Of a stretch of DNA of 64,000 nt, positions 63,901-64,000 are shown in pieces. The DNA is from Schmidtea polychroa. Taxonomy: Eukaryota. The position numbers were made by a program, and so were the translations under genes. Positions within the stretch are counted from its first letter, which is position 1; each line of letters starts with the position of its first letter. The notes under the pieces are model-generated. The model made no database searches, was not told the DNA's origin, and saw only the letters and a list, made by a program, of their open reading frames with translations. The stretch lies in assembly GCA_044892525.1 (NCBI GenBank), contig CM097887.1, positions 105,750,397 to 105,814,396 on the forward strand. The letters run 5' to 3'.

Positions 63901-64000
63901 TATCACTCACAAATTTTAAAGATTCTTTCAAATCCTAATATTTAGTAGTTCATTATTCAATATTTGTCTTCTCTATCATTTTTCTATAAAAACTTTGCTT

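Overview
AT-rich metazoan (invertebrate-type) genomic DNA with 44-46 bp minimal introns and four short N gaps. (1) Bases 1-36367 hold the 3' part of a very large + strand coiled-coil gene. Its exon of at least 9.7 kb is about 9.5 near-identical copies of a 996-bp (332-aa) unit, and nine small phase-compatible exons follow, eight of which form a duplicated four-exon module. (2) One 19.4-kb intron of that gene contains a 16,461-bp non-coding palindromic element (13286-29746). It has ~7.8-7.9 kb arms, a ~0.8 kb spacer, 5'-AGTAG...CTACT-3' termini and an exact 6-bp target-site duplication (CTACTT). These are Polinton/Maverick-type ends on a gene-less fold-back body made of satellites and a nested TIR element. 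This is the most unusual feature. (3) The 5' exons of a SNAP-25 gene lie at 41.2-48.1 kb. (4) There is an intact autonomous hAT transposon (50583-53922, 599-aa BED-DDE transposase), about six hAT-type MITEs/derivatives with 8-bp TSDs, piggyBac-type MITEs, and mariner and Tc1/IS630 remnants. (5) A minimal type I hammerhead ribozyme of the Penelope-associated kind lies on the minus strand (48954-48995) and carries a G12A core change. All coordinates and gene models were read by eye; no alignment or database search was run.
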